Shown: positions 39,342-53,310 of the stretch, piece after piece
Numbering within the stretch: the stretch's first letter is position 1
How the letters are laid out: every line of letters begins with the position of its first letter
Source: Ophelia neglecta
Taxonomy: Eukaryota
DNA length: 64,000 bases
Direction: 5' to 3'
Assembly: GCA_965285935.1 (NCBI GenBank)
Contig: OZ260664.1
Coordinates: 4,650,001-4,714,000, forward strand
Notes under the pieces: model-generated
The model's input: only the letters and a program-made list of their open reading frames with translations
Databases searched by the model: none
What the model was told of the DNA's origin: nothing
Translations under genes and position numbers: made by a program

Positions 39342-41519
39342 ATGCTATGGCTTTAATCAGAGATATACCGACACATAGAACCACAGCTATAAACAGATAC
39401 TGTCAAGAATGAGGACTGTTTTGACTTGTTCTTAAGGTTTGAAGGCATGTGACCTTTTCATGTGATGCTGTGTACTCCTCCATCTTCAGGCCTTATCCAA
39501 AAGATGCTGAAACTCGTTGTATAGATCAGATGCATATTTAGGGATAAATTAATTTGCTGCTAAAAGGGGAGGCTTTAGAAAATTACTAATAAAAGAAGCT
39601 TTTTACTACGGCACAGAGTCTGAATGGAGTCTATAATTTTGACTAATTCTCTCGGTTTAAAATGGAATCTCTAGTTTTAACTGGGATTCACTATGATTTA
39701 CCGGGAAACTCTAGTGGCCTGGGCTCAGATGTATTACTGAAACGATGACTGCACCATGGAGACGAACTAAAACGAGGACGTGTGACTGTTCTGAAAAGTG
39801 CTCTGCATCCAGGGGGCAACCCTTAAATTGCATCCTGCATCCGAGGGTCAGCGCAAAAAATGGGACTTGCATTCACTGAAACGAAAACAGCATCAAGAGG
39901 GCCACACTGAAATATGGTCTGCATCCAGGGGCAGTTCATGGAACCTTAGAATTTCTAAAAAGGTGCATGAATACCATTAACATCTTATCCGAAGGATTGT
40001 TATTGAGCGAGAACAAATCAGCTAAATACTTTAACAAGAGAATGTTCTGATTAGGTGCAAGTTCATAATTCGGGGCAAATAGGTCATCAATGGCTATTCA
40101 TACGTAAACATATATAAATTCAATAGGAGATTCACAGTGCTATTCTTGCATGTATTTAATGAAACTAAATGCATTGATTGTACCTTGAGTCTCGACGAAC
40201 TGTGAGGTAACATCAACTAAATTTATTGTTTAGGAAATTAGGGTTGCTTGCACCGTTCCCAAGTGTGTCTCAAGTATTTCTCCCACTTAAGAATAGCTTC
40301 CGAAAGTTTTTTTTTCTGTAACTTAATATTTAACTTTAGAGAAAGATACATGGATAAAATTCGGTCGGATACATTGAAACTGGCTTATCTATGGGGGAAG
40401 TAAATTTGGCAATTATGCTTATTTTGGGCGAAGACTATTTTGGTTTCCTGGGGGTTCGTATGTCCCGCAAACTAAAGAGGAAGAACGTAATGTTCGTACT
40501 TCACTGCTTGCCGAACGGTGTTAGTGTGACCTGAGCCAATGACTTCCTGTGGGTAGCCCAGGGTCATTTGAAGACAAAGAACCGTGATTTTTTTTCGGAA
40601 GACGACTTCTCCGATGATCAGTTTCAATTTCCTCTCCTAAACAAGGGATTGTGAGTGTAGAATACAGATCTTGGTAAAAGACAATGTGCAGCGCAGTGTT
40701 TGATAAACAGGGGAAATGGGACACTACAAAGATAGAATGTAGAATGCCGCTAAGGTAAAGACCATTGTCGTCATAGGCGAGAAAAGAAAGAAAGTACAAA
40801 GTGTGTAGTCATCAGGAGTTTGCTAGGTTTTCTATGTTACTCTGAAGGATGTTCTCTTCCATTCACTCAGGATGTTGGTGCACATATTACGGACAGTTTA
40901 AGTAATAACTTGAAGATAAACGATGAGTCACCATGCCGTTCTTTTCTAAAACATGACTGATGAATAATGATTAGCCATAAAGACCATTTATTAACGTATT
41001 AACAGCTCATTGATCTCATTTTCCCAGGAGTTGGTATAAGTTATTGAATTAATTAAAGCGGGTTAAATGCCAACTTGAGTATTATGACACTTGTAAAATG
41101 CACTTAAGGCTTACTGAATCATTTATACAAATTATTTCCAATAAAGACCTTCTTGGAATGACCGGAAGAGAATGCCAAATAAATATAAACTGTTGGAATG
41201 TTGTTCCCTAAATCTTAAACACATTGGGGACTACTTCCTTAATAGATATATGTTAAACTGTGTCCTAAATACTCGGATAGATGGTGCTAATGTAGCCTTA
41301 ACCTGCATCGAATTGCATACCCTAGCTCCGTTTTCACCAATATAGCGATCACCATGGTGTAATGTGGTCCCGTACACCCCGTAATTTGCTGTGCTGCAGA
41401 AGCTAATGTCATCGAACTAGTAAGGTCTGCTGACATATTTCGATCTCCTTGAAACTTAATATCCTTAAATGTGTACTAAGAATGCTGATATATGATCTTA
41501 TGTGTCCATTCACCTGAGT

Positions 41520-41910
41520 AATAGTTGAGCAAACCTCAGGCAAGACGAGCATGATTCATGACCTTCCTGGGCAATGTCTGCTGCTGGGATACGAGATCCG
41601 GACCTGACACAGCCAACTGGAAGTCCGCTAACAGAGGTCAATTATCTGGCAGCAGTCCGATGTGGACTCGGCGGATGAAGCCTGCTGATCAGAATGGGAG
41701 ACCTGACTGTAGACCAGCTCACCGGAAACCTCACGTCAGCCGTGTGTATTAGTAGCAGGCCTTGGTTAGCTCAGGAGGTGGAATCAGATGACATCCTACG
41801 GAAATGGCCCGTCAACATGGGACGTGCTCCTGAAACACAATACCCTCATTATATCCATCTATACAATAGACAGGGATGACCATTTGTCAATGTGTTGGCT
41901 TAACCATCAG
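41520..41910 (+). pseudogene. Possible NHL/beta-propeller relic
   Basis: DLTVDQLTGNL and YPHYIHLYNRQG*PFVNV (cf. CPFKVHVGHVTGINQPVIV in the TRIM); GC-richer, codon-like sequence. Confidence 0.35.
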
Positions 41911-42489
41911 GCTGAGGTGGGTGGCAGGTGGCCCTATTCTATAATTTTGAAATCTATCTACTAAGAAATACTCCTCTAAGATTCTCCAAAGCCAGTTATT
42001 TTAGGCATACAAGAATAATAAGCGAGTGGCTAATGTTTAATAAAATTCTAAATTAAGCCAACCGAGCTTTTGCATGACAACGCGGACTTTTTTTATTGGT
42101 TGATCATAAGACCCAGAATATGACAGTTGACTGTGACAATGACCTAGAAATCTGGTTTAGATTCCCCTGTCTCGCAATATTGGTATATTTAGTTAAGGTA
42201 CCCTATTTTGTTATAAACCGGCGCCAATATTCTCGTTAGTTATTTGATTGACATCGGTATCTCAGCCTGACAATATTATAATGTTTTAATCAATCAAGGA
42301 ATGTTTTTCTCCTGTTTTCGTAAGATCCACCGCTGTGGCAGTAGATGCTAAGTGCTATTTCTTAGCTTTAATAAATTGAATTCATTAGCTGTACACGTGG
42401 GTTAATTTTCCAAATACATTCAAGGTGCGTTTAGGTGATTTTCTTTCGGTTGAAAGAAAGTCAAAAGCGTCAAAGAATCAATACTACAA

Positions 42490-42790
42490 ATCCTTATATC
42501 GCTGAAAATATTAATGCAGTTGTTAAGCCCTATTCGTGTGATATTAATACGGGGTCCAGAGGCAGGGAAACCCGTGAGATAACGACATCAACAAATTGGC
42601 CTCACACAGTTTAATATCGAGGCAGTTTCTTATTAAAAATAGGACCACCTTCAGCTTCATCTAGTTCGAGGTAATCAAAACATCATGGAGTCAGTGCGTT
42701 CAACGGTTCCTAGTGATTCGGACCAATTAAATGGACCGTTCTTGATTATGGCTTGATCTCTCTGCGGGTATCAACTCTTGTTTTATTCAG
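42490..42790 (+). pseudogene. GPCR relic, GYP subfamily
   Basis: LISL..NAVVKPY (ICL2); TVPSD(F)GPI...FLI...LSAG(Y)QLLFY. Confidence 0.65.
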
Positions 42791-44150
42791 GTCGTACCTA
42801 AACATAACTAGAAGCATTATGAGTAACACGGCATGTAGAGGCTACAAGCAATTTGTTTACATCATGCCAATGCATACAATCTGCTCTCCGCTGGCTTGCA
42901 GTACTCTGTCCGCAAGTCCATCGAGGTAATGTTGTCTTAAACTGAGAACCTGTATAATCGACGTATGAAGCTTTGCCAAAATCATTGCATTTTCTCTACT
43001 ACTGCGGTTGTTAAACCTGATTACATGGCCCCATGATGGATGGGGTTATAACGTCGACAATAAAACCGCCAGTAAGACCACAGCCAGGTAGACATAAAGC
43101 TCTTGTGACAGAGATGTATGTATCCACTCTTCAATCCCAGCATGTGCTGACCATAGTAAATCTTAATCAGGGAGCAAATTATATATAAGTGTCAATGCAA
43201 TGAGCGTTATTATAAAATTACTCATGCATTGGCTATTGGTTAAACTAGCCATTACTCATTAAGACATATAACCATGGCAACAACGGGGTATAACAACTCA
43301 CTTTATGAATGAAATTTGAAGCATAACCTCCGAGTGCACGGTCTTTCCGCTTGCTTCAGACTCAGTTCAATCAATGGATATTTAACAGTCTAATCGCACG
43401 GCACATTTTCGTTTTCTGCGGGGAGAGCTTACTACCAGGTCAGTCGTGGTTCCCTGCCTAGTAAACACACACACGCTGGGTATTACTGTCCGCCTCATGA
43501 CCTATGACCTACTGGAAGGTCACGTCATACGCATAATAAATGATAGCTAAATTGTAACTTCGTAACACAATCCGAAGCACGATATAATATTTATCCCACG
43601 TGAAAGCCTGTTGTACAAGCCGTCCGGAAGTCAGCTATTTAGTAATGTTAGGAGGAACTCATAGTGGACTAGCCTTACTAAAGAGCTGGCATTATGATTG
43701 GTAATGCATATATCGAAGGAACTATTCTATTTGTCTCCACGGAATATTACCAAATTTCCGTCGACTAGGGACTCAAACAAATATTTAAGTTAATAGTTGA
43801 GTCTTTCCAGAGTAGCGGAATTTTCCAATGTCATTTAGCATCTGACGGACCATGAAGCCGTGTTAATGGTATAAATAGGTTAATCTACTGATTCTTTCCT
43901 TCTCTTCCTGAATGAGAATTGATATTCAGCGTGTTGAGATCAATATGTCCTTGACATTTAGTCAGTAAATAATCTCGTTGATTAAGTGTCATTAGCTTTG
44001 TTCCCCAAGCTACCATGCAGTGAATATAAGGCCATTGACGGGATTATATGATTTAACGTTGACAAGACTCTGATATATTAACTTAAAGCGTTTTTGCTCT
44101 GTTCCGAGTTGACTGAAAATTGTATTTTTTTGATGTTTTGTGGAGACTAA

Positions 44151-44930
44151 GTGGGGAAGCAGTCCTCGGACATGTACTCTTCATTAATACTATTCATATG
44201 GCTGAGTTGCAATGACGTTTATGCACTCGTTTCGTACTTGCATCAACATGCAATGGCTGGTATTTATTCCAGAACCAAAATCTCTTTAATACTTCTCGCA
44301 AATCACTACTTTCGCTTTTTTTCTTTCCAATTAGTGCTTCAGTGCACCTGATCCAGTTGATATATCTAAGCAATTATCTAAAGGTGATATGGTGTTTTCC
44401 TGTTGTCTGAAACATAGCTCCTGAACCATCACCATTATGCTAATTTGCAGTTCTTACAACTAGGCTGCATATAAACGACAACAACGCAATATAAAGCCTT
44501 CATTTGGTCTCTTTTAGGTCTGCTTCCATGTTTCCTGTTTAATAATTTTATTTGGTTGCCGAGTATCCACTGTTTTGGTGTGCCCTCATTAGATCAACTA
44601 GTAAGGTGTGGTATATATAATTGTCCTCGGTATTGGCAGACACATTACAGAAATAATTTAGTTGAATTCATCGCAATATGTCCAAATAAAACCTCATTTA
44701 AACATTTAGTTTCAAAAAACATTACTTTTCTGTTTCGCAGTACAAATTGTATACTTTTATCTAAATACATTATATTTTTGAGAATTTTTCATTGTTTAAT
44801 TTGGGTTTGACACCCATGAGACTTTCTAATTGAACCAGTTCACTTTGCACATCTGGATTCGACTGAAAATTTATTTATAGCTGATCAAAATAATGACCCG
44901 TTGGTCAAAACCCTCCATATGCCTAAGTAT
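44151..44930 (+). pseudogene. GPCR relic (TM2-TM7)
   Basis: ILFIWLSCND (TM2), LVAEYPLFW (TM5), NDPLVKTLHMPKY (TM7 DPxxY-like). Confidence 0.55.
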
Positions 44931-45078
44931 GACCTGTAATGAAAACAGTGACTTGCATATTCTAGTTCAATAAAGGGTTATCTTGCACCACCCACACCCC
45001 CTTACGGCGATTATATTTTGACATAATTGGGTATAAATGCTTAGCTATGGTGACAAGTTGGCATAATGGACTCGTATC

Positions 45079-45740
45079 TTGCTGCTGTGTGGACCACGGA
45101 GGGTGTTCCTTAATTCTAGTATATATGTTCCTAAAATGATGTTTCCATTCTATGGTCCCTCAGTATTGCTGAAGGATTATTTTGCTTTTATTTTTATTTT
45201 TCTTATAGATTCTGTGGTTAAGTGGAAGTCAATCGAAACACATAAAACGCCAAAATACGCATTTATAAACTATATACATTGCTTACTGTGCTCTCAAAGA
45301 ACTGTGCACACCAGCGTCCCATAGTCGCGTAAAGTAACAATTTGCATCATCTAATTTGTCCGTCTCCAGGTTTATGTCCCCATAGACTTATTTAAGTATT
45401 CTTTAATGACACACTCCTCGTCCATTTGTGGCAATACACTACTGAGGAGAGACAATTAAAATGCTTTAAGACGCCCACTACGTTATAGCACGGACAAAGA
45501 AAATACATTTGTGCGTCTCATACATCGTTGACTTCACCATAAATTACATTTGAATGTCATTTACTGATTGTCAAGTGATTTAAATCACCAAAACATGGCT
45601 TCCTTGTGTATAAGTGGCGAATAAACATGTCCAGATCAAATTGGCTGGGCCGCATTAATCTTTGATCGCAGGTACACTTCCTGATGACTGCGCACTGTGC
45701 TTCGCAAATGTATGTTGTGTCAGGTACAACTTGGAGGATC
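45079..45740 (+). pseudogene. GPCR relic (TM1-TM5)
   Basis: Hydrophobic TM1, HKTPKYAFINY, EER..NALRRPLRY (PLRY at 45475-45486), LPDD. Confidence 0.7.
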
Positions 45741-47199
45741 GGCTCTCATTGGTTTAGGAGTCCATTACTATTAAGAAACAATCATAGTAACATTTATATT
45801 GAACAATAATAAAATTATTATAAGTATCATACAACGTATTAAAATTAACTCACATCTTATTCATAGAATTTGTTTGCTTTTGAACATTCTTGCAGGTCAC
45901 CATGGGAGTGAACAGAATATGAGTGATACACTAATGACACCTTGAGACTTATATCGGGGTGGTTTTTACGGGTTCCAGTGTTCTGTTTAAGAATACCATA
46001 TGTTTCAATCTTTTTATATCTGAGTTTCTCTGATTCCTGTCTGTCGTGCAATTGTATTTACTATAATTACCTGCAGATCCATATATGAATTGTTTGGTAA
46101 TTCCACCTTTTATGTATAATAAATATGAACGATGTGCTTTATCAGTGCATAACCGCACAATCTCACCAGTTCACGTTTCCTTGGACTTGCCCTAACACCA
46201 GGGGCTGCCTTTTTAGGTTTTTCCGTATTGGGCGCTGTGAGCGCTGTGCAGGCTGTATGCCGCAGCTACTCTGATATCCACTGTAAGCGGCGGGTCACAC
46301 GGGCTACGATACGGTTATTCTATTGATAAAAAAGAAGAGGCGGATGATGAGCATCGGAAGTCGTATGGGCACAAACAATGACAGCATGGCTAGGACTTTG
46401 TTCATACTCCCATAAAATATAAACATTTAGGCAATTCTACATTTGATTTTTAATTATAGCTAAGTCGGGTTAATTCCTTTCATTCAATAAATATTCTCGA
46501 CTAACGATGTGACGATGTCTGCTGGGACCGGTTTCTGCAAGGGTCTTAAGTTTTATATTAGATTAGCTCTACAGATTAGCGCACACAGCCTAAATCGGTG
46601 TTTCCATTAATTGGAATTACGTTAAAGACAAAATGGCTAGGATAAGATCATATCCAGGATCCAGAAACCCAGATTAGCAAGGTAACACCGATAACGCCCT
46701 TTAATCCTGACTTTAATCCGAGCTTAGACTTACGACCGATTCCAGAAATTGGGCCCCTCCTAACCTCCTTTGATGTCTTTCTTGCCATTAGTTGCTTGAT
46801 CATGTTACATTTTATAGTTTGAACTATCAATTAAAACGTAATTTTGCCTCCAGTCCTCGCCGTTGTTAATTTGCTTCCACACTTCTAAAACTGGAACTAG
46901 TACCAAAATAAAATTGCCTGTTGCAAGGCAGGTACCAAACGATCAAATCCGAACTAAAATCTCATTTTCTTTGTACTGTAACTTCGGTTTGCCAAAAATA
47001 AGCCAATGATCGGACCATTTTCTTGAGAGAAAAAAACAGTGTCAGTGTCTTGTGTATTGGTCTTGACAAAAGATATTGCCGAACATGAAAATGATGGGTT
47101 GGCATACTTAACGTGTTTAGTATCTCCTTTGTCAATAAAATGGTCAGTTTGCCCTGAGTTATTACAAATGCTTTAGCGAACTGCCCTCTTCAGAACACG

Positions 47200-47430
47200 T
47201 GAACTAAATATGGCTGCCAGCTTTCGTTAGCAATGACGGAGACTTTTGTAGATACGGCACGTTCATAGATTGTTAATTAGGTATAAGATTTATTTATTTC
47301 ATTTCTTTACCAGCTTATATACAGTTATGGTCGTAAGGATTTATTTTGTTGGCCTGCACGAAACGCTTCTTGATGATTTAGGACAGATTGAAGTAGTATT
47401 CTTGGTTAATGATTTCATCTGGTATCCCTC
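47200..47430 (+). pseudogene. GPCR relic, GYP subfamily
   Basis: IWLPAFV...TF(D)RYG; IYFVGLHETLLDDLGQIEVVFLVNDF...SG(Y)P. Confidence 0.65.
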
Positions 47431-47564
47431 ATATTTCACCACGTCACAGCGTCTGCCTTGTTTGAACAATCAATATCACGAATTGTATATTCTTTACAAA
47501 TTTCAGATTTGTTTGGTTTTGTTCCAAAGATTAGTAATGTCATGATATCTTATTACGTCAAGTA

Positions 47565-47759
47565 TTAACGTCTGAATAGTTTTCCCTTTTTCTTTATGTT
47601 TGTGAATTGAACAACTGTGGATTGTTGCTTAAAATACGATCGATAGGTTAAAGGATAATATATTTCCAGGGACAATGCTTTGAGCGCACCACTTTGGCAA
47701 GGAAAAATACACCCAGTTGGCAGCTCAATCTTTAGAGAAATCACAGATATTACTAACAC
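47565..47759 (-). pseudogene. GPCR relic (TM3-ICL2)
   Basis: LKALSLEIYYPLTYRS = LSLE(RYxA)IxYPLxYR with a deletion. Confidence 0.6.
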
Positions 47760-48959
47760 ATTTCACATTTGATCATAACGGAAATTGATCATACACCTAC
47801 TAAATGAATAAATCCTTATGGTAATAATGTCTAACTGGTACGCTATTTAATGTTACAATTTAATCCAAGTCTTGATTTTATTCCCATAATGCAAAACAGA
47901 GCGGTATGATTTGACAGTTAACATATGCACGTTATTCTTCACAGCAAGTTTAAAGGGTGACTCGTCCCTGATTGTTGAACCACCTGTTATATATCTGATG
48001 AAGTGCTGACAAGACTGTCATAAAACCAGAAACACAAAAAGCTACAGGAGACCAATTCCTGTTTAGATCCACAAATCAAAAGTGAGATTAATTCCTTCCG
48101 TGTGACATTTGATAGTTCATTCGTATTGCTCCTTTTTAAGGGGGTACTGAAAGCATTGGTAAAAGGATATCTAGGACCTCAGCAACACCCAGGATATAAT
48201 AACTGATCAATAGGTGTTCCTGTTATGCTTTTTGCTTCCCCCTATATTAGTGTAGCTCCAGTGACGCGTCTGAATATAACATATTAGTGAAAAATGATAA
48301 AGAAACATGAAATTTGTCCATACACTTTAGAACTAATATTGCGTACAAATTACTGAGGAATGGTAGCACTGTTATCATGGAATTTATAGTACGGTATTTG
48401 TGGCAATGCCGGTGGAAGTCCTACTAGAACTGACTGTTAACCTTGGCCATTGTCCCTTGTCCTATGCCTTACGTATACACAACGTCGACTTCACAGTGTC
48501 GAGAGACAGTTGTGTCATCCTTCACTTGAAACCCTGATGTTCCTTATATGAAAGAAAACAATCTGGTCAAAATGTAGTGCACACCGAATAGCGGAGAATA
48601 TAGTTACCTGAATATTTACCTGGAAGGCAACACTAGTTAGTTGAACGAGGGAAATAGATATACGGGAATGTTCAACATTTATAACGATATAACATTTGAG
48701 ACAATTTTTTAAAGACATCAAACAACTACTGCCTGTTCCAATTTGTGATGTTAACCATCCGTCAACTAAAACTGGGGTACACGCTATCCATTAATTATTA
48801 ATACTATGTTATTTAATCCTGACTCCTTTGGATAATTTCTGATCGTCTTATGGGCATCGGCAGCTGACACAGTTTATCTATAAAAAAAAAATGGCGTCGG
48901 CTGAGAACCGCTCAATATATATAGCAACAATGCTGACTTAGTGCACAACTGATTTATTA

Positions 48960-49547
48960 TCATACTCGTCGATAATTGATAAGCAAGACACTATGCTCGA
49001 TATGACGCGTGAACATACTTTTGATGGTACGAGTCTCAAAAACCAGTAACTTAATCGTGTCACTGATAGTCAGACACTGGCTTGTGACCAGCCTTACTTA
49101 TCATCTAAGACTGGTGTTTGTCGGCCTGTCGTCGGCCTGCAGATGGTTGGTTCCTGATGAGTTCGGTCCGATATAATCGACTATTCCGGATTTATGAGGG
49201 TTTTTTGTATGCCGGGTATCCACTCCTATATTATTTATTTTTTGGTCTTATTTCTACCGTTATTTTATTATAAATGATCACACTCAGACAGTGTCAATTG
49301 AGGGTGTCTGTTGTATCAGCCATCGAAAGAATTGCTGTTTTGGTGTTCTTGCACCAATCCCGCAATGTATTCCAGTGAAAAAAAAAATAACCACGATAAG
49401 CTGCGTATTTTTTACCCTTTTGAACATTTGGGGTCCACACCCCGTAGACATAATAGCCTTAAATCACTCCCAACCTTAGACGTTCCAGCGATTTCCTCAG
49501 ACCAAAGGCTATTCTTTTTTTTGTGTCCTTTAGAATGTATAAATTGA
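48960..49547 (+). pseudogene. GPCR relic, GYP subfamily (TM3-TM7)
   Basis: LVFVGL..VGLQM..PDEFGPI*, FLYAGYPLLYYLFFGL, CVFFTLLNIWGP (TM6), LFFFLCPLECIN (TM7). Confidence 0.7.
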
Positions 49548-49689
49548 CTGATGAGGAAACCTTGAGAACAACTCAGTGATGTCTGTTGAAGGAATTGACT
49601 AACACTTATTCACCTGATTTATTTGTTCTACGTTGTCCTACGTTGACCACTGGCTTCTTTGTTTTAATGGACTGGGCTTGATTAGCAAA

Positions 49690-50235
49690 CAGAACAGCCT
49701 GTAACAGATTTTTCTCTTACAGAAAATAGCTGTGAGAATCACCACAAAATCGTATTTCCTTTACTGGGCCGTTATTCAACAAACTGGGTTCATATCTAAG
49801 ATTGTTAGACTGACAAGGGATAACCCTCTATAACCAGATCAATTGAGGTAATTGTGCCCGCATGTATAAGAACAAATTATGTTAAGCAATGTTTTTGGCA
49901 CTAACTTTATATCGCTACACACCTTATTCTATATAATTTTAAGCATCAGCTATTTCCTACCACAAACTATAAGAAATTGCTTATATCCCAGTTGGTTCTT
50001 AGATGTAATGTAATTAACTGTTATTCATGTTATTTAATTCAAAGGTTGACCACTCTGTGAAGTTCAACGTTATTTTTCCATTTTATTTATATTCCATATA
50101 AACTTACCACTACCCAAATTGTAAATTGAAATGAATGTGCTGCCAATACCCAGGGCGGCCTGATGTATACAGCTTCGGCAATAATCTCATAATCTGGCGT
50201 GCTTGATAAATTGTTTTCACTTCAAATTCAATTTA
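49690..50235 (+). mobile_element. Old 3' fragment of the same or a related LINE family
   Basis: Degenerate translation ACNRFFLLQKIAVRITTK...RTNYVKQCFWH*L...RCNVINCYSC parallels AYNRPFLLQKRAVRIIAK...RTNYAKQCLWHKL...KCHITKCFIC of the full-length element. The 3' terminal motif is also shared. Confidence 0.8.
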
Positions 50236-50329
50236 ATATACAGAATCATGTTTGATATGTGGATTGCAATAGGACAACCCCTTCCCTGGCGTCATAAAGA
50301 TGTCCTCATTGACTGCTCACAATACTCAA

Positions 50330-50450
50330 TTTGCCCTGGTGATTGATGCTGGTGGGGGCTCCTTGTGATTTTAAATCGATTCAATAGAACATTCTCGATT
50401 AATGTTATAACTTTGTCTCCGGGATATCCACTTACGTCCGTCACCTTGAG
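50330..50450 (+). pseudogene. GPCR relic, GYP subfamily
   Basis: LMLVGAPCDFKSI...NVITLSPGYPL. Confidence 0.6.
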
Positions 50451-52769
50451 ACATATCCTAGACTTGTGTATTCGTTGAATGTATCATCGTCTCAATGCTT
50501 ATATTACTTATTGAGAGGATTAGATTGCCTCCGATGCTAACCATGTTACTGCGTGGTTCGCAAGTAAACTATTCGACAGAGCTAGATGAATCTAGGACTC
50601 CCATACACCAGCCAAAGTCATAATATTGCAGGCTTAAATGTAAGTACCTGCTATAAATGACATTCAAATAAACCTAGATTGGAAACTATAATTCAAGACT
50701 ATGATGTTTCGTTCTTTTTCGATCTTGGCAACAAAAGTCATCTTCGTCTTTTGATTGGTAAGTTTTGTTTGATCGGTTGATACACGTATTAAACACGAAC
50801 ATTCTGACCAGAACAATCAATTAAAATTGTTATACACTCGGCGCGTGTTGATTTTGCCCATTATAATTAGTTTGGAAAACTATAATTATTATAGGAAGTT
50901 CCTGTCCACGCCAGGAAGCTGTCATCGCAAGAACAAGGCTTAATGATGTTGTTCCCCATTAAGTCATTTTTTCTCGTCTTGATTGGGTTCAACCTGGACC
51001 GTTGATTTTTAATTTGGCTTTAAGTGAAGGAACCTGTCAGTTAGCTGACATTGCTCGGGATGAACTTCCCTGAAAGTGACATTTTCATCCCCTGCTTAAA
51101 TATAATATGTCAAACGGGCCTGGAGATGGAATACTCTCCTGAAAAAACGAAACCATGCATACTTTATCTGGACATGAAAAGAAGAAACGTTAATTAGCGT
51201 CCCAGTAATTTCAAAAGTTTGGCTGGAGAGCTTAACCTAAACACAAACATACGGAGCTGCTAAATCTGATATAACCTGTTCTGCGGTTGAAAACCAAAGA
51301 CATGTGCATGTTTAATTTCAGTAGGAAAAAAACAACACAAACTTTATTTGTTTGGAATGAAACATAATAAAATATTAACTTTTCAAAACATAACGCTTTG
51401 GCATGACTTATATAATGTCCGAGAATTCAATAATTTCTTTGAACAAGAAAAACGATGTTTAAAGTTGTGCATATTTAGAGAAATTTGATGCAAAACCTAG
51501 GCGCGCACGAACGCTGTCTGAAGTTCCTACTTTTCTTGACTAATTAAGTTGTAGCCAATTCTGTCTTGTATCTGCGGTATTAATCCCGGGCACATGATCA
51601 GATTGTACAGAGAGTAGTTTAGATGCATAGGTCGTACTATGCTGTGAACCATAAAGGCTTGCCACGCATATAATAGTGGAGGTAAAACTGCATCCCAGCT
51701 GGGTTCATTTATTCATCGTTAAGCATTGCATCTTGGCATCATGGTTCTACGTTGTTATGTGATGTATTAAATGGAAATTAATGTTGACAGCGATTGGTAA
51801 TCAGAGCTGAGTCACCCCGCCCCGGGTTATTTATGGCTTGTAATGTAGGAAACTAGCTTTAACCACAGATTCTTATGAAAGACTCGGGGAAAGCGAGGTG
51901 GGTGATAAGACGGCCATTCATGTCGGGCAGATATATATTTAGATATATTTCTTGTATTTAGCGCATTTAATGTACGTGCATGGGGGGTGCGCACCTGAAG
52001 AAAATATACAAATAAACTGAACTGCACACAAAATGTCGGGAAGGATGGCGAATATTGGGTTTGCGAGAAATCAGGTGAATCAACAAATGGGAAAAGCATT
52101 CTTGGGATGAAATAAGAGACAATTTCCCGTTATTTTGCCCAAATATGTATCGATTACAATTGATAAAATACCTTGAGTTTAAACGGGTAAACAACGGTAC
52201 CCGGTGGAAGGCCGGACGAAAATGCTTGTCTTGTGGGATTTTCTCGCTCGATGTGGCCGGCCGGGCTTGCTAGGCCTGCAATTTCATCTTTAAAATTGAT
52301 AACGGGAACCTCCGCAAGGCATGAGCCTCGGTTATAGTGTGTTAGTTACAGATGTGCAAAGTAGCCCAGATGCATTATAAGCATGTATGACTAAAACAGA
52401 GCGCGTATGACTAAACAAAAATTTCTTACTCAAATCCGACTATAAGAAGTCCAAAACCGCAAAAAACAAGGTCTATTTTCGCCCGATGCTGACCACAGAC
52501 CCCATTCGTTTTCTTCTTTGACCAATATCAAGGGGATTTGTTTCACTAGCAATTATATTTTCATTTCGTAAAAATAGTATTCAGGGTTATGGTACTGTTG
52601 AATGCCGGTTAAGCGCATTCGGTTACAGTTAATCGGCATTGACGGTTGCTTATGGATTTTAACCTATAGAATGTATTGTTTTTATCAGCGAATTTGTTTT
52701 TTATTCTGCTCCGATGTCTTTTACATAAGACTAACAAGCATCAAGGCATCATATACCCCTGCGATGTGA

Positions 52770-52874
52770 GAGGTCCTTTAACATGGAAAAGATAGGACAC
52801 GGGAATTCAAAAACTGTCCTGCCATCGCAGGTGGTCCTTCATCGAAGGGGCCCTACATCACAGGGACCACTGTA
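52770..52874 (-). mobile_element. Possible Tc1/mariner-type MITE end
   Basis: Ends agggaccactgTA (TA-CAGTGGTCCCT on minus) with internal gaggtcct/ggtggtcct subrepeats; partner TIR not identified. Confidence 0.35.
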
Positions 52875-53049
52875 TGATCACCATTCCAAATAAGAACCTA
52901 AATTAAAACATAAACATGAAAAAACCAGAGGTATGAATTGACGAAGGTACCTAATCACATGTCTCGGGTTATACTTTCATTGGCAACAATGAATACTGTC
53001 AAAGAGTGCAGGAGTTCCTAATTAACTTGTTTTGAGTTGCCTTGGGCTA

Positions 53050-53310
53050 AGTCTGTCCTCTAAAGATACAACATTCACACTATATTCTTTAACGATGCAC
53101 TTATATTTTTAGAATGGCGGAGCTAATACATGTATTGGTTATTTTTCATATTTTTAACTCAAATTGTGTTACTTGTATTACACGTAGATTAACTGTTTGC
53201 GAGCTGGAGAATGGTGTTTGTGGGCCGAGTTTGTTAAAAGACTTAATTGACCATTTTTGGGTAATCATTTGAATCATTTGCCAGATACCAAGTCCTGTTC
53301 TTTCACCATA
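53050..53310 (+). pseudogene. GPCR relic, GYP subfamily
   Basis: L(E)RYN; MVFVG; FARYQVLFF. Confidence 0.5.

Noticed and set aside
18114-52099. Additional single-motif GPCR hints (18114 AGNSFSILI; 24563/28312 ALINSL; 40700-40799 YFLSFLAYDD; ~52000 QVRTP; 8321-8740)
   Set aside because: Only one motif each; consistent with the field but too weak to call individually.
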